Shown: positions 11,754 to 23,135 of the stretch, one piece after another
Layout: the number at the start of each line of letters is the position of its first letter
How positions within the stretch are numbered: position 1 is the first letter of the stretch
From: Schmidtea polychroa
Taxonomy: Eukaryota
Direction of reading: 5' to 3'
Length of the DNA: 64,000 bases
Assembly: GCA_044892525.1 (NCBI GenBank)
Contig: CM097887.1
Span: forward strand, 11,160,001-11,224,000
The notes under the pieces: generated by a model
The model's input: only the letters and a program-made list of their open reading frames with translations
Told to the model about the DNA's origin: nothing
The model's database searches: none
Made by a program: the position numbers and the translations under genes

Positions 11754-13223
11754 TTAACAAAATAGGTCTCCTAAACTTAATTCTATTTCGAATTCAAATA
11801 TTGCCAGTTGCAAATTAATTTTAGCGAGATTTAATTTAATATCTTCAATTTGCTTATATTCACTTGCACGGAGCCATTCAAAATAAATGATCTTTGCCTC
11901 AATTTGTGACAATATAGGGAAAACCAAATGAACCGAACAGTAAATTTTATAGAGATCTTTTGTGAAGTTTCCATACATGATTAGTTCTTCTTTCGTCGAT
12001 ACATCCATCATAAACTCGTTTTCTTGCAATAAATACAATAGAAACTTCAAGTAACCATAAACGGACTGAGTTTGGATAACATCTTTGGTTGTCATTGAAT
12101 AAAGTGACAAGTTTGACAAATTTAAAAATCTATTATCAACTGGTCGTAGCAAATCTTGAACGCATGTTTCGATGGCTATCAAATTTTCTGTAATATAATT
12201 CATCATATTTTTCATTAAAATGGTAAATTCTAATTTCAAAAATTCTGAAATGGGTCTATCTGAATCATTTGTAAAACAAAATCTTGATATGCAATCGTTA
12301 CATACAAATTTGTTTCTATTGAATTGGTTTTCTCTTTGACATAGTTGGCATTTATTTTCTTTTGATTTATTATTTTCAATTTTCCCTAATACAAATTTGA
12401 TTATTTTAACATTTTTTCTTATATTTGAAATTTCGTTCTCCACATTTTGGGTGTCTTCGCATATAATTTTTAATATATACCTCTCTGTAAGGGTGTTGTA
12501 AGATTTATTTTCCAATCTTTGATTATTAGCTTTGAATACATTAGCGTAAGCACAAAACATACTTTTTAAGAATTCGAAGGATTCGGAGAAATAATGACAT
12601 TTGCCGACCAACTTATGGTACTCTTGAAGTTCTGATCTATTGACAAAATACTTTTCATGTTTCTCATATAAATCACCTGAAAGATGATCAAAGGTAAAAC
12701 TTAGATTTTTGATGTTGTCGATTTCACAAATGTACTTTTTTGTAATATTTTGGTAGTTGACTGCAAATGTTTTCATTAACTGTTTTGATTCTGTAGAATC
12801 GGATAATAAAATGTTTTGGAAATCATTTTCTAAAAGGTTCTTTTTAAACAATTTCAAAGATTGAATAACTGAAACAAGGTTTTCAGAACTTATTTCAAAA
12901 GCTTGTAAAAAAACAGTAAGTTTTGGAAAATTATTGTGCATTAACAATTGCTCACTTTCCGACATAAAGTCAATCAGAATCTCCGCTACGGATATATTTC
13001 TCAGAGATTCGAGGGGATTCGAATAAATGGATATACTCACAATATCAGTACGATCCAATGGACAAGTTGGACTTTCGAGAATCCATTTCCTAATACATGA
13101 TACGCAGAACTTGTGTTGACACGGTAAAACAGCCGCATATTCAAACTCTAAATTATTTTCATAGCAAACGTTACAAACATTATCGGTTTCCATCATTCTT
13201 AATTCCTTTTTGATATCAAACAA
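11754..13223 (-). CDS. RING-finger protein, putative E3 ubiquitin ligase, 489 aa, intronless
   Basis: CNVC-x14-CQHKFCVSC-x9-CPLD: a C3HC4-type RING with Asp as the last ligand. A second Cys cluster CQLC-x12-CNDC lies near residues 292-311. The long ORF is uninterrupted in very AT-rich DNA. Confidence 0.88.
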   Translation of the reverse strand: MFDIKKELRMMETDNVCNVCYENNLEFEYAAVLPCQHKFCVSCIRKWILESPTCPLDRTDIVSISIYSNPLESLRNISVAEILIDFMSESEQLLMHNNFPKLTVFLQAFEISSENLVSVIQSLKLFKKNLLENDFQNILLSDSTESKQLMKTFAVNYQNITKKYICEIDNIKNLSFTFDHLSGDLYEKHEKYFVNRSELQEYHKLVGKCHYFSESFEFLKSMFCAYANVFKANNQRLENKSYNTLTERYILKIICEDTQNVENEISNIRKNVKIIKFVLGKIENNKSKENKCQLCQRENQFNRNKFVCNDCISRFCFTNDSDRPISEFLKLEFTILMKNMMNYITENLIAIETCVQDLLRPVDNRFLNLSNLSLYSMTTKDVIQTQSVYGYLKFLLYLLQENEFMMDVSTKEELIMYGNFTKDLYKIYCSVHLVFPILSQIEAKIIYFEWLRASEYKQIEDIKLNLAKINLQLAIFEFEIELSLGDLFC

Positions 13224-13873
13224 TTGGATAAATCAACATTGAGCTCAATTTTTATTGTAATAAATATTTTCGTAAATCTATTGGATAAATTATATTTTTA
13301 TTATTTTTAATTTAATTTAAAAAAAATATAAATTAACTTTGTCTGCTTGTTTTATTGTTATTCTATAAACAGAAATAATCAAAAAATTTTAAGATTAATT
13401 TATCAAATTTGGTTAAAAACTAAGAGTAAAGAATGATACTGAAAAAAATCTGTTTTATTTGGAGTTTGATTTAATTAATGACATTGTAGTTTTAATTTTT
13501 CAAAAAATTTTTAAAGGATTTTAGATTTTAAATTTAAAATTTTTGTATTATTTTGTGAAGTAGATAAAATAAAAATTTAAAAAAAGTTTTAAAATTCAAA
13601 AAATAGTAGAAAGAATAAAAATTAATTTTTTATTAAGAAAAAGGACATGTTTATTTTTGAAATAAAATTCAAAAAATTAATTATTTAAGAAAACAAAATT
13701 AAGTAAAGCGACAGAAATAGTATGGATATTAGTTGAAAGCGAATCAAATGGAAACAATTGTTCAAGTCATTAATTTTAATAAGATTTGAACGGTTGGACC
13801 AAAATAAAGGTCATTTATGATTTATTTTATTAAGACGAATAATCATTTTTAATCAAGGGGTTTGGATTCAGTT

Positions 13874-14172
13874 ATAGGAACATTTAACGACAAGAGTATT
13901 GGGTTAGGATATTACGAATGACTTTATTACACCTAATGTGTTATAGTCTTTTAGACGAAAAACGTACAATGAGTTAAATTACCGGGAACAGAGATAGAGT
14001 ACCAGTCATATTTAAACTGCTACAATAACAACTTAGTTTACACAGTGCTACAAACTAGGATAGTGACTCGTAACCATCAACTTTTTACTTTTAAAAGAGT
14101 AAAATTGCCTTGTCTAACAACGACAAGCGACAGTGGGTGGTGGAAAACACAAGTCTCGCATTTAGTCATTAT
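13874..14172 (+). pseudogene. Remnant of Polinton/Maverick-type protein-primed family-B DNA polymerase C-terminus
   Basis: Ordered motifs across frameshifts: IGTFNDK (cf. G.FKDE), CYSLLDE, YQSYLNC...IVTRNHQLFTFK (cf. IRS..H..YT) and KIALSNNDKRQWVVENTSLAFSHY (cf. KIALS..DDKR...TLA.GHY). Confidence 0.6.
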
Positions 14173-15454
14173 TTAGGGATTAGACGATGTTGGCCTGGAA
14201 TTCTACTACTTTAGCCAGGAATATTGACAATGTTTTTTAATATATCTTTAAAAAAAACCAAAAATTTTTTATTTTTATTCTGATATTGAAAACATGTTTT
14301 ATTGCTTTCAAATTTAACTACTTTTATTTGTATGTTTCGAAGGCATGTTGTTAATATCTTCAATAATAAAAAAATATAATAATAGTAATGTTGGGCTGAA
14401 ACCGAGAACTGAGAGTTTGTTTTAATCGATCGAGAATACCTAACACAAAAACCGCAAAGTTGAAAAAATTTATGATCAAGGTTTAATATAAAATAAATAA
14501 AATAAGTTACATCACACATTAAGAATCAATAAAGCCCGTATAAAAGAATAAAGAGATAAATAAATTTAACAAAAAAATTCAACACTTAAAAATTTCGATA
14601 GAAAAATAATAAAATGTAAAATAGAATTATTTGAAAATTATTTAAACGATATAAAAATTAAATCGTCAAAATAATAAAATTAGTTAGCATTATGTAAATT
14701 GTAAAGTTTATAGAATTAAATGGTTATGTAACTTATTAAATTTAAAGAATAAAAGTGTCTAAATTAATAAAAATTAAAATAACTCAAATTATTTAAATTA
14801 TAAAATTTATACAATTAAATAATTGCAATTAATAAAAAATTAAATAATTAATTAATTAAATTAATGAAATTGAAAATAAATAATAATTGCACACACTCAT
14901 GCATGTATGCAAAATTAATTCAAAATTTCTCGCACTCTAATTGGATAGAGTGGCAGAGAATGCATGAATGCGCATTCAAAATCAGTATAAATACTGATTA
15001 CAAATTCATTTGAAAGAGCTAGTTTTTCAACACCACAACTGGTCATTTCGGATAGTGTAACCATTACATTGACGATAAACACTTGCTCTCAGTTTTTCTC
15101 GATTTTATGCCATCGTGGATTGGGTTATATGAAATTTTTGTGTAATGTTTTAACCTAAATAAATTTTATATTCAATTTAGTTCAGTTGTTTAATTGTTTA
15201 ATTTTCATTTAATTTTTAAGTTTTGGATAAAATTTTTTATTGGGTTCACTTGTTATGTTTATTGATTATGAACGATAGTACCGTGGAATTGAGATCCAGC
15301 ATATCATGGTTTGGGGTACCTTCGGGATGCTCAGACTGGTGGGTATGCTGGCTTTTCAATCGCGCAGCTGATTTCGGGTCGAAATGTGGAGGCTTCTCCA
15401 CGGGTCCGTCGCTGGAAGTACTTTGGTCAAACATAGGTTAGGACTAAGAATACA

Positions 15455-15640
15455 GGCAGATCCCTGCTCAAGTTTTTTGAAGAACAATTTAAATATTATG
15501 GAAAGTGTGGATTAACTTGGAAATAAGGGCCGATCCCTGCTCAAATTTTTTGCGAGATAGGTTAAATATTCATAAATATCAAGGAAAATACCTAGCAACA
15601 TTTGTTAATAGAGAAATAAGGGCGCATCCCTGCACAAAAT
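15455..15640 (+). repeat. Three imperfect ~25-30-nt direct repeats (core ATCCCTGC[T/A]CAA)
   Basis: Copies at 15459, 15532 and 15625 (spacing 73 and 93 nt). Copies 2 and 3 share the upstream AAATAAGGGC. Confidence 0.75.
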
Positions 15641-15699
15641 TTTGAAAAGAAACAATAGAAAACATCTAGAAATGAGCAACATAGCCGAATGAGATAGAA

Positions 15700-17600
15700 A
15701 AGTAGAAATGGAAAATGATCGATGACGTAAGACCTTCTATCGGTCGTCTAGAACCCGAAGAGAAAATACCATAGCAATAGAGCTCACCTGCTCATTGTTT
15801 TTTCGCCTTTGTGTACAGTACCAACATGGTCGTCGCCATGGGTGCACAAATGGTTTAAAGTACAATAGTCATGGAGGTGCTTGGGAAAGAGTCGAGTGAA
15901 TTCCTATGATTACCCTTAACGTATTTAAAATTTAAAATGACACACCCCTAAGTAACCAACAGTAATATTAATAATAGACCCATTATTATACCACAAATCA
16001 AGGAATATTTAGTAAGTTTTTCCTTTTAATAATGTTGAGGATACCTAAATGATAAATAACATAATAAAAAAATTAATTAACTGTGAGAAGATCGTCATGA
16101 CAAACGGGACGATCTATGGGAACTCAGAAAAGAAAACGGAAGTAAAAAAGAAATAAAAAAAAGTGAGAAAGATAAATCAAATAAAAGAAAACAAACAAAA
16201 AATTAAAACAAGGGTCATTGTTAATTAAGAAGTACAAATAAAGGTGAAATTTTAAATTCCAGAAAAACAAAATATGGGAAAAAGCCGTATCTAGACAGCT
16301 TATCAAGGATAGCGGAATTGCCGGGAGAAGGCGGCTTAGAAAAAGGGGAAAATATCTCGACATCTGTCAGAGATAAGGCTGACGTAGCGGGGAACAGAGA
16401 GGAAAATGAAAAAACAAAATCTGTCTCCAATGCCACAAATAAAACAAACTATATAAAGGGAAATTGGTAGAAACAAATTCAGACAAATTTGGGAGACAAA
16501 ATATATAAAAACACTGTCAGACCAACCCTACACTACTCGCTTCAGAAAGAAACATTTCTAGCCATTCAAAACTTGCACCAAACTACACCAAAAAGTCACA
16601 TGGTTCTCATTATTCAACGATCAAAAACAGTGGATATGCGATTCGTGAAGGCTGCCAACAACACAAAGTGAACAGACACACAAAACCACCAATCACCCTT
16701 TCCCAACAGGTTCGAGATTCGACATACTTCTTATTGAAAATGTCGGAAAACTCCTAGCAGACGACGGATTCAGCTATATTTTCAAAACTTTTATAGCTGA
16801 ACGAACTCATCGACCTTTACACTGACTCACCATTAGAGAAGATCAATTTTACACGCAAACATTTCTTGAGCTTAGACCAGTGTTTCCCAACCTTTTCTAG
16901 ATCGTGACACACTCAGTTAATCGGAAAATTTCCAAGGCACACCAAACATTTTCAACAAATTATGAAGAAACATTTTATTTTTACATATTTATTCCATGTG
17001 AAGGTTGAGTAGCAATAGAAGCTTAGAAATGAATTTAAATGAGAAAGGCATTCAAATATAATGTCACTTGAAACAAATTCAAAAATACGAGCAATTATAA
17101 AAAAGCTCAATACGCTGTATGAAGTGAAGTAGGATCTATTACTTCGATTTAAATTCCGGTTATTCAATTAATAAGCTACATATTCCACGTCGTATACACC
17201 ATATACACCCCAGTCTCTTTCCTCAGCAACCCATGCATGTACGAAAACAATCGAATCTTCGAACCTCAAACCCAGATACAAAGGTTCATTCCGCATCATA
17301 GAACTGTACAAAAATAATGCAAAAGTAGAGATCGACGACAAGCACACCATGGTAAACTTTTCCAGATTAAACCATCTCTCGCACCCTTGAAAAAGATGTA
17401 CCAAAACAATTATATCGCAAAAGATTAAAGCAGAGACGAAGACATTTTAGGAGACACTGAACGACTGACAATACTATAGGATACCCAAAATGATCAATGC
17501 CTTTGGGACAATCCGTCATTTCCTTCCAGAAGAACAAGCCTCTATCGACCCCATCGCTTTCAATTCTCGATACGCTCGCGTTCTTCGACGGCGGCTATTG
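15700..17600 (+). mobile_element. Degenerate Gypsy/Ty3 LTR retrotransposon (integrase fragments)
   Basis: Zinc-binding and core-start region at 16577-16800: TKLHQKVTWFSL..D.KQWI, CQQHKVNRHTKPP, RFDIL..ENVG...DGFSYI. GPY/F-module C-terminus LKPRYKGSFRII...VNFSRL at ~17265-17375. The LTR-like segment at 15730 is shared with 4488. Confidence 0.8.
16878..17170. mobile_element. One-ended hAT (Buster/Charlie-like) fragment inserted in the Gypsy integrase
   Basis: Starts CAGTGTTTCCCAACC after target GCTTAGAC and shares GGCACAC subterminal motifs with the 7294 MITE. No matching second TIR or TSD found, so the right boundary is approximate. Confidence 0.55.
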
Positions 17601-18839
17601 CAGTGCCTTTGACTTTCAGTTAATAAATATATTAATTTAATAGGTAAATTACAAATACATTGTTAAATTAATTAAATTAAAAAGCATCGCTTTAATATAC
17701 AAATATATTACCTTTTTTTCAAACATCTCCATCTTTTTTCAAGTCATTTAGTTGATTGATCTATCCAAAAAGTGATATAGGCAGCTATTTAGAGCCCCAA
17801 CTGTTAGAAACAAAAATACAATTTTTTAAATAACCTCATAACTTTATAATTAGTTAATCTAAACTATTTGTACTTTTCCACGCTAATTCAAATCTCGACA
17901 ACAAGTATAATTTTCCTAACACCTCAAACCAGTTTGAAACTGCAACAGAAACCGTAGCGACAGTCCAAAGTTAATTTCTCCGCTAACAATTAAAATTTTT
18001 TTTGCTAACAATTATTTCGATCTACTGACATAGTGCACGTGTACCTATATTTCCCACATTTTAATATCTGAACAAGCGGGAAAAAATATGGAATTTATTT
18101 TCGGGCAATTAATATTCATATTATATTTCCATTTCTAAAAAAGTGATAACACTTAAATAATAATTTAATATATATATTTAAATAATATAAATATTTTTAA
18201 AATAAAAATCTATATATTTGAATTACATTTCATATTTAGCGACATTTTATATTTCCATAGTAACCACTGCCCTACATCAAACAGAGAAAAAAGATGGAGT
18301 TTGATTTTATTTCAATGAACACTGAAGACAGTTATCACAAGGTAATATAAATATTTGTTATACATGCAAATATTATTGTAAATATTTTAATATCGTTAAT
18401 AAACTTATAACTAACTTATATAATTGTGGCATTTTAATAAATTTGTTTGATGAAAAAACAGTTCTGGTATCTGAAGTTGATTATAAAGTTGAAATGGATA
18501 CTCATATAGATAAGATTACTAAGTCTACTTATCTATTGTAGCTGAAAGAGTTTAACCAACTATATACCAATGCTAAAATGTAAGTTATTGTCAAATTATT
18601 TTCATATAATAAGATATAAATCGCTTTATGTTTGAAAGATTTAATAAAACTTTCTAAAATCTTACTTTATTTTATTGATATGTTACGATATGATTAATAA
18701 AAAAGTGATAATTTAATTAATTATCTTAATATTCTCGGATACTTTTAGCATTGTATCCATCTTTTATTGCCTTTATCCGATGAAAGCTTTGATTTCCAAA
18801 TTTGAATAAAATTATTCTATTAAAGATGCAAATTTTTAT

Positions 18840-19075
18840 CATATTATTAAAGCTTATAAATCGAAAATTGAAATATTTTTTATTTACAATAACCACTTGT
18901 CCATAAACTGCAAACTATCAATGATATAGCAGGAGTGCCAGAGTTGAATGGATTCAACAGTAAATTACTCTAATCCGTTAATCGGGCCTTCATATCCTTC
19001 AAAATCAGCATACTTCATGAAATTATAATTGATGGGACTCAATAAATCGCTATTTGATATTGCAAAGCTAAAATC
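18840..19075 (-). pseudogene. Fragment of an unidentified multi-exon gene; inverted paralog of 7765-7854 plus 9510-9601
   Basis: AG acceptor, then exon FAISNSDLLSPINYNFMKYADFEGYEGPINGLE*FTVESIQLWHSCYIIDSLQFMDKWL, then a 35-nt GT..AG intron. Near-identical to the two + strand segments at 7.8 and 9.5 kb. Confidence 0.55.
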
Positions 19076-19276
19076 GGTGCTCACTCGCCCTAGGAAGATT
19101 TCCTTTAATCGACAACATCAGAAACTTAAATAGTGGCACTTTTTATATAGAAATACCCTTTTAAAAGATAATTTTTATAAAATAATAATATATTAGGTTT
19201 TCACTTACCGCAATTAATGAGGATCAAAATATATTTTGTATATGTTTCGTTTCTATGTTAAATTAGTGTTTTTAAT

Positions 19277-19877
19277 GGTACTCCTGTATTCCAGCCCCCC
19301 CCCCTATATTGTTATTTCAACTAACCCAATTAAAAATTATTAAAAAAGTTTAATATATTAACTTTGCACTTTCTTTTCTAACGAAACAGATATCTCAACA
19401 CGTTTGCCAATTCTTCCTAACTTTTCCAGTGTTATTCTTTCTTTTTTCTATCCCTTATAATTTTACAAAATATTGGAAAACAAGTTTTAAAATAGTGTGC
19501 AATAAAAGTTTTACGGACACTTCCCGTTTTTGGTGTTGCAAAAACTTTATTTTTAAGAATACTAATTTCTTTTTTACATTTGTGGCAACGAAGAAGAAAA
19601 CTGTCTTCACCATCTTTTCTTTTACGGAATTTGTCAGCCATAAATTTTGAACAGTGAAAACACATAGTTGTATTTGCAGGCTTAATAACACCTAAGCTTC
19701 GTAAGAAATCCAAAAGATTGACTATTTGAAAGACGTAAATAGAATTTCTCTGGATCCATATAATTTTATATTTTATGAAATTAATATTTAATCAATTTCA
19801 ATCATTTTTTTTATCAATTAGAATTTTTAATTGGGGCAGTTGAAATAACAATAGAGGGGTTGAAATACAAGAGTACC
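19277..19877 (-). mobile_element. Merlin deletion derivative (601 bp) retaining the N-terminal Zn-ribbon region
   Basis: Imperfect ~55-60-bp TIRs beginning GGTAC (GGTACTCCTGTATT... / ...AATACAAGAGTACC). Internal ORF 19432-19713 reads CFHC..M...DG....RCHKCKKEISI. No clear TSD. Confidence 0.8.
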
Positions 19878-20174
19878 GATTTACTTATATTTAATAAAAA
19901 AACTTTATAAACCCTTTTTTATTCATAACTCTCAAAATCAATAGAAACTGTTAGCACTACTAATTGAATATTTTTTTTGTAATACATGACAATAATAATT
20001 GAATATAATCTGGATATTCGATATAAATTTGAAAAAAAATCCATAGTAGTTAACTTATGTTTCGATATTTCTTTTAACATGAACACATAAAATTTGTAAA
20101 GTGACGTTCAATGATATTTCTAATGGCAGTCTAGTTTCGAGTTTATTTGGCCCTTGTCGGTACCATTTAAGAAA

Positions 20175-20245
20175 CTCGATCCTACCCGGAATCAAATCCA
20201 GCAACTTTGTGATCAGACCGTAAAATTTGACCAACCTTAGTAATT
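20175..20245 (-). other. Degenerate tRNA-like or SINE-head sequence
   Basis: Minus strand has a B-box-like GGATTTGATTCC preceded by an A-box-like segment. No complete cloverleaf. Confidence 0.3.
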
Positions 20246-20878
20246 GGATGCCAAACTCTAACTGTGTTTAAACCTATTTGGTAACACAGGGATAGAGATT
20301 GATATTTCGAATTAAATTTTATAATTCTGGATTTTGGGAACTTAAAAATTACTATAAAATAAGATTTGGGATTTTGAGGTTTTCAATGATTAGCATAAAA
20401 CATGAGTTTGGATTTTCTTAAATTTAAGAAAAATAAACAGGATTTGGAATTCCTAATTAAGGAGTTCTGCCCTTCAATTATTTTTGAAGTTATATATGTA
20501 ATGTTACAAAAAAAGAATTTATTCAAGAAAAAAGTTCTATTTAGAATTTTAATTCCAAGTCTTGATCTTTTTTCTGCGATAACCAAGGATGCTGTTGAAA
20601 AGCTTTTTTCATCGCTAGTTGAGATCGGTCAAATGAGTACTATGCAGTTTATAACGTTGGATCAATAATTTATTTTCGTTTTTGGTATTTTGAAATCAAT
20701 TGTTTTGCTGAATTTGCATTACGCATATGGAGCTGTTTTGAAATTTTGAACTTTAATGCCGGAATTAATGACTTTAAAAATAAATTAAATTTATTTCTTA
20801 ATTTGTGTCTTCGAAACTGGGAATAGTATTTTCTTAATTCGTTGGTTTTGATCATGTAGATGTCAGAAATGTAATTGT

Positions 20879-20953
20879 ATGACACCAACAAAGAAGACAT
20901 TTGTTATTACCGGTGTAACTTCTGAATTAGGGAAAGCATGTGCGAAATCATAA
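20879..20953 (+). pseudogene. Possible short-chain dehydrogenase/reductase N-terminal fragment
   Basis: MTPTKKTFVITGVTSELGKACAKS* resembles the SDR Rossmann motif TGxxxGxG, with one Gly changed to Glu and an immediate stop. Confidence 0.35.
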
Positions 20954-21712
20954 ATTAATATTAAGCAGCACATACTCTAACGAATCCGATAGGTTTATTA
21001 ACTTCGATTTTTTTAATTGTAGATTTTGAATCAATAAATCTCTTAAATCTATTTCAAATCAATCCAAAAATTACCGCGTTTTAATTAATAAAACACATTC
21101 CATATTTTGAGACGTTTTATAATTCAGTCAATAATTTTGAAAATCACTTAAATTTAAAAATATATTAATTCAATAATTCGACAATACCCCAATAATCATT
21201 TTATAATTATTATTAAATTTTAGAATAAATCTGCAACTATTTTTGTTGAATTTCTTTTTAATAATTTTTAGAACTATTCTCCTTGAAATTTTCACATTTT
21301 AATTACATTCTACCTTTAGTTTTTAAAATTATAAATTTTCACAGCTTTTTTTTATAAAATCAATTAAAAAGGAAATTATATGAGAAACAATAAAATTATA
21401 AGCATAATAAAAACAATATTCTGCATATCTTTTTCAACAACTAAAATGCTCAACACTGTTAAAATTCCAAAAATAAGCTAAATATAGCACTAAGTAGATA
21501 TAAATTGAAACATACCAAAACATCAATTAATCATGGTAAAATGAAAAAAATGAAAAAGCATACACATAAAAGTAAAAAATAAAATGAATAACAAACACAA
21601 GAAGTATTACAAGAAATAAACATAAATATAACAAAAATAAATAACCCAATTAAAATAAATTCAAATTCAAGGCGATAATAAGAAATAGGAATAAAAAATT
21701 AGTTTATCTTAA

Positions 21713-23135
21713 CACTAGAACTACGAAGATTTACCACATATCTATTTCTACCAACCGGTCAAAATGACCGATGTGTTTGTTTAATTAAACAAAATAGTAG
21801 AATTCAAGAAATAAAGCTATAAATTCATAAAATAATTTAATTTTAAAGAAAATAACATGTTTCATTCAAATATTGTAATTACATAAAGAGTAGTATCATT
21901 TTGTATTTAGGTCTCATTTTATTTACGACAATTTTTGCATATCAAAATTTTTTTAAAGTACATTTGCCACAAACATATCTTTGGCAACGAGCACATATAT
22001 TTGCGGATTTATTCTCATTGCAAAAACTTATTTGACACGTTTTTCGCATGTTCAAATTTTAAGGACTCCTCAAGAGGTTGTTCAAATTCCGATGAGTCTT
22101 CATACTTTCCTGAAAGTTCTTCTGCTAATTGAAACAAGAAATCTTTTCTTGTTAAATTTTCTCCAGTTTTTTTATAAAATCCATCCATTTAATGCAACTA
22201 AGTCAAGAATATTTACAGAGGCCATCTTCGAGATCCTGACTTCACACTATACTTCCTGGCCATTTGATCGGTAACATCTACTCCGAATTTAGTTTTGTTA
22301 TAAAATTTTATAGTTTCAGCCATCTTTTTTTCATTTTTTTCAATGCTTAATGAATTATATTTCGTTCTCATCAAGAGAACTTTTTTTGTTGGCTTTTATA
22401 TATTGTTTGTTCTATTAATTACAGATGAAAATCGAGGTAAACTATTTTTTTTGTTTTGCAAGTTTTGGCAATTCTTTTTTGTTTGCGCGAACAGTTCCAA
22501 CTAAAGTAGTACCTTTCTCCAATTATTTTGAAGCTAGTGATATGCCGGTGAAAAATTTTTCAGTCGTTACATTTCTTTCAGACTAGGTGTATGGTTTAAT
22601 CAATTTTAGAACAACAAATTCAGCCAAAGGAATTGACGACTCCTTTGTTTTTTCTTCTGATAAATTCCATTTTTCACTAGTAACTCGGAAAGCTTCTTGT
22701 TTTGAGTAGGTTATGAAATACTGTTTAATTTGACGATTAGTAATGATAAAGCACTACTTACGACACCCTTTATAATGCTTCGTTTTGCATATCCTGTAAG
22801 TCCCATTTTTTCTTTGAAAATGGTATATTTTGGTCTTCTCCCTGGAGAGTATCCAAATTTGAATTTATTTCAAATAGTTCCATCATAAGTAATTTCAGTT
22901 TGCTAATCTTCACTCTCATCGGAATGGAAAGGCAATCTTACAATTGTTCCTTTCTGACCTTGAGTATGTTCTCTTCTTCACTATCGCCATCTAAGGATAC
23001 AAAGACTTTCTCTTTCTCAAACTGAACCTCTGAAATATCTGTTGATTTAGAGCCAACTTCACTGATTTCGGATATATCTTCGCATATATTTGTTATATCT
23101 CCAAGAAATTTTTGGATTTTCTAACGTCTCGGCAT
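21713..23135 (-). mobile_element. piggyBac (PGBD4-like) transposon with a disrupted, internally deleted transposase (21919-23135)
   Basis: RNVTTEKFFTG (DN changed to EK), LVGTVRANKKELP, FYNKTKFGVDVTDQMARKYS...RRWP and a C-terminal Cys-rich domain CQISFC...CARCQRYVCGKC...CKNC. Terminus TTAA|CACTAGAA at 21713 with subterminal palindrome CGGTCAAAATGACCG. The other TIR was not found. Confidence 0.92.

Noticed and set aside
20175-20245. Functional tRNA gene
   Set aside because: No complete acceptor stem or cloverleaf; kept only as a low-confidence SINE-like remnant.
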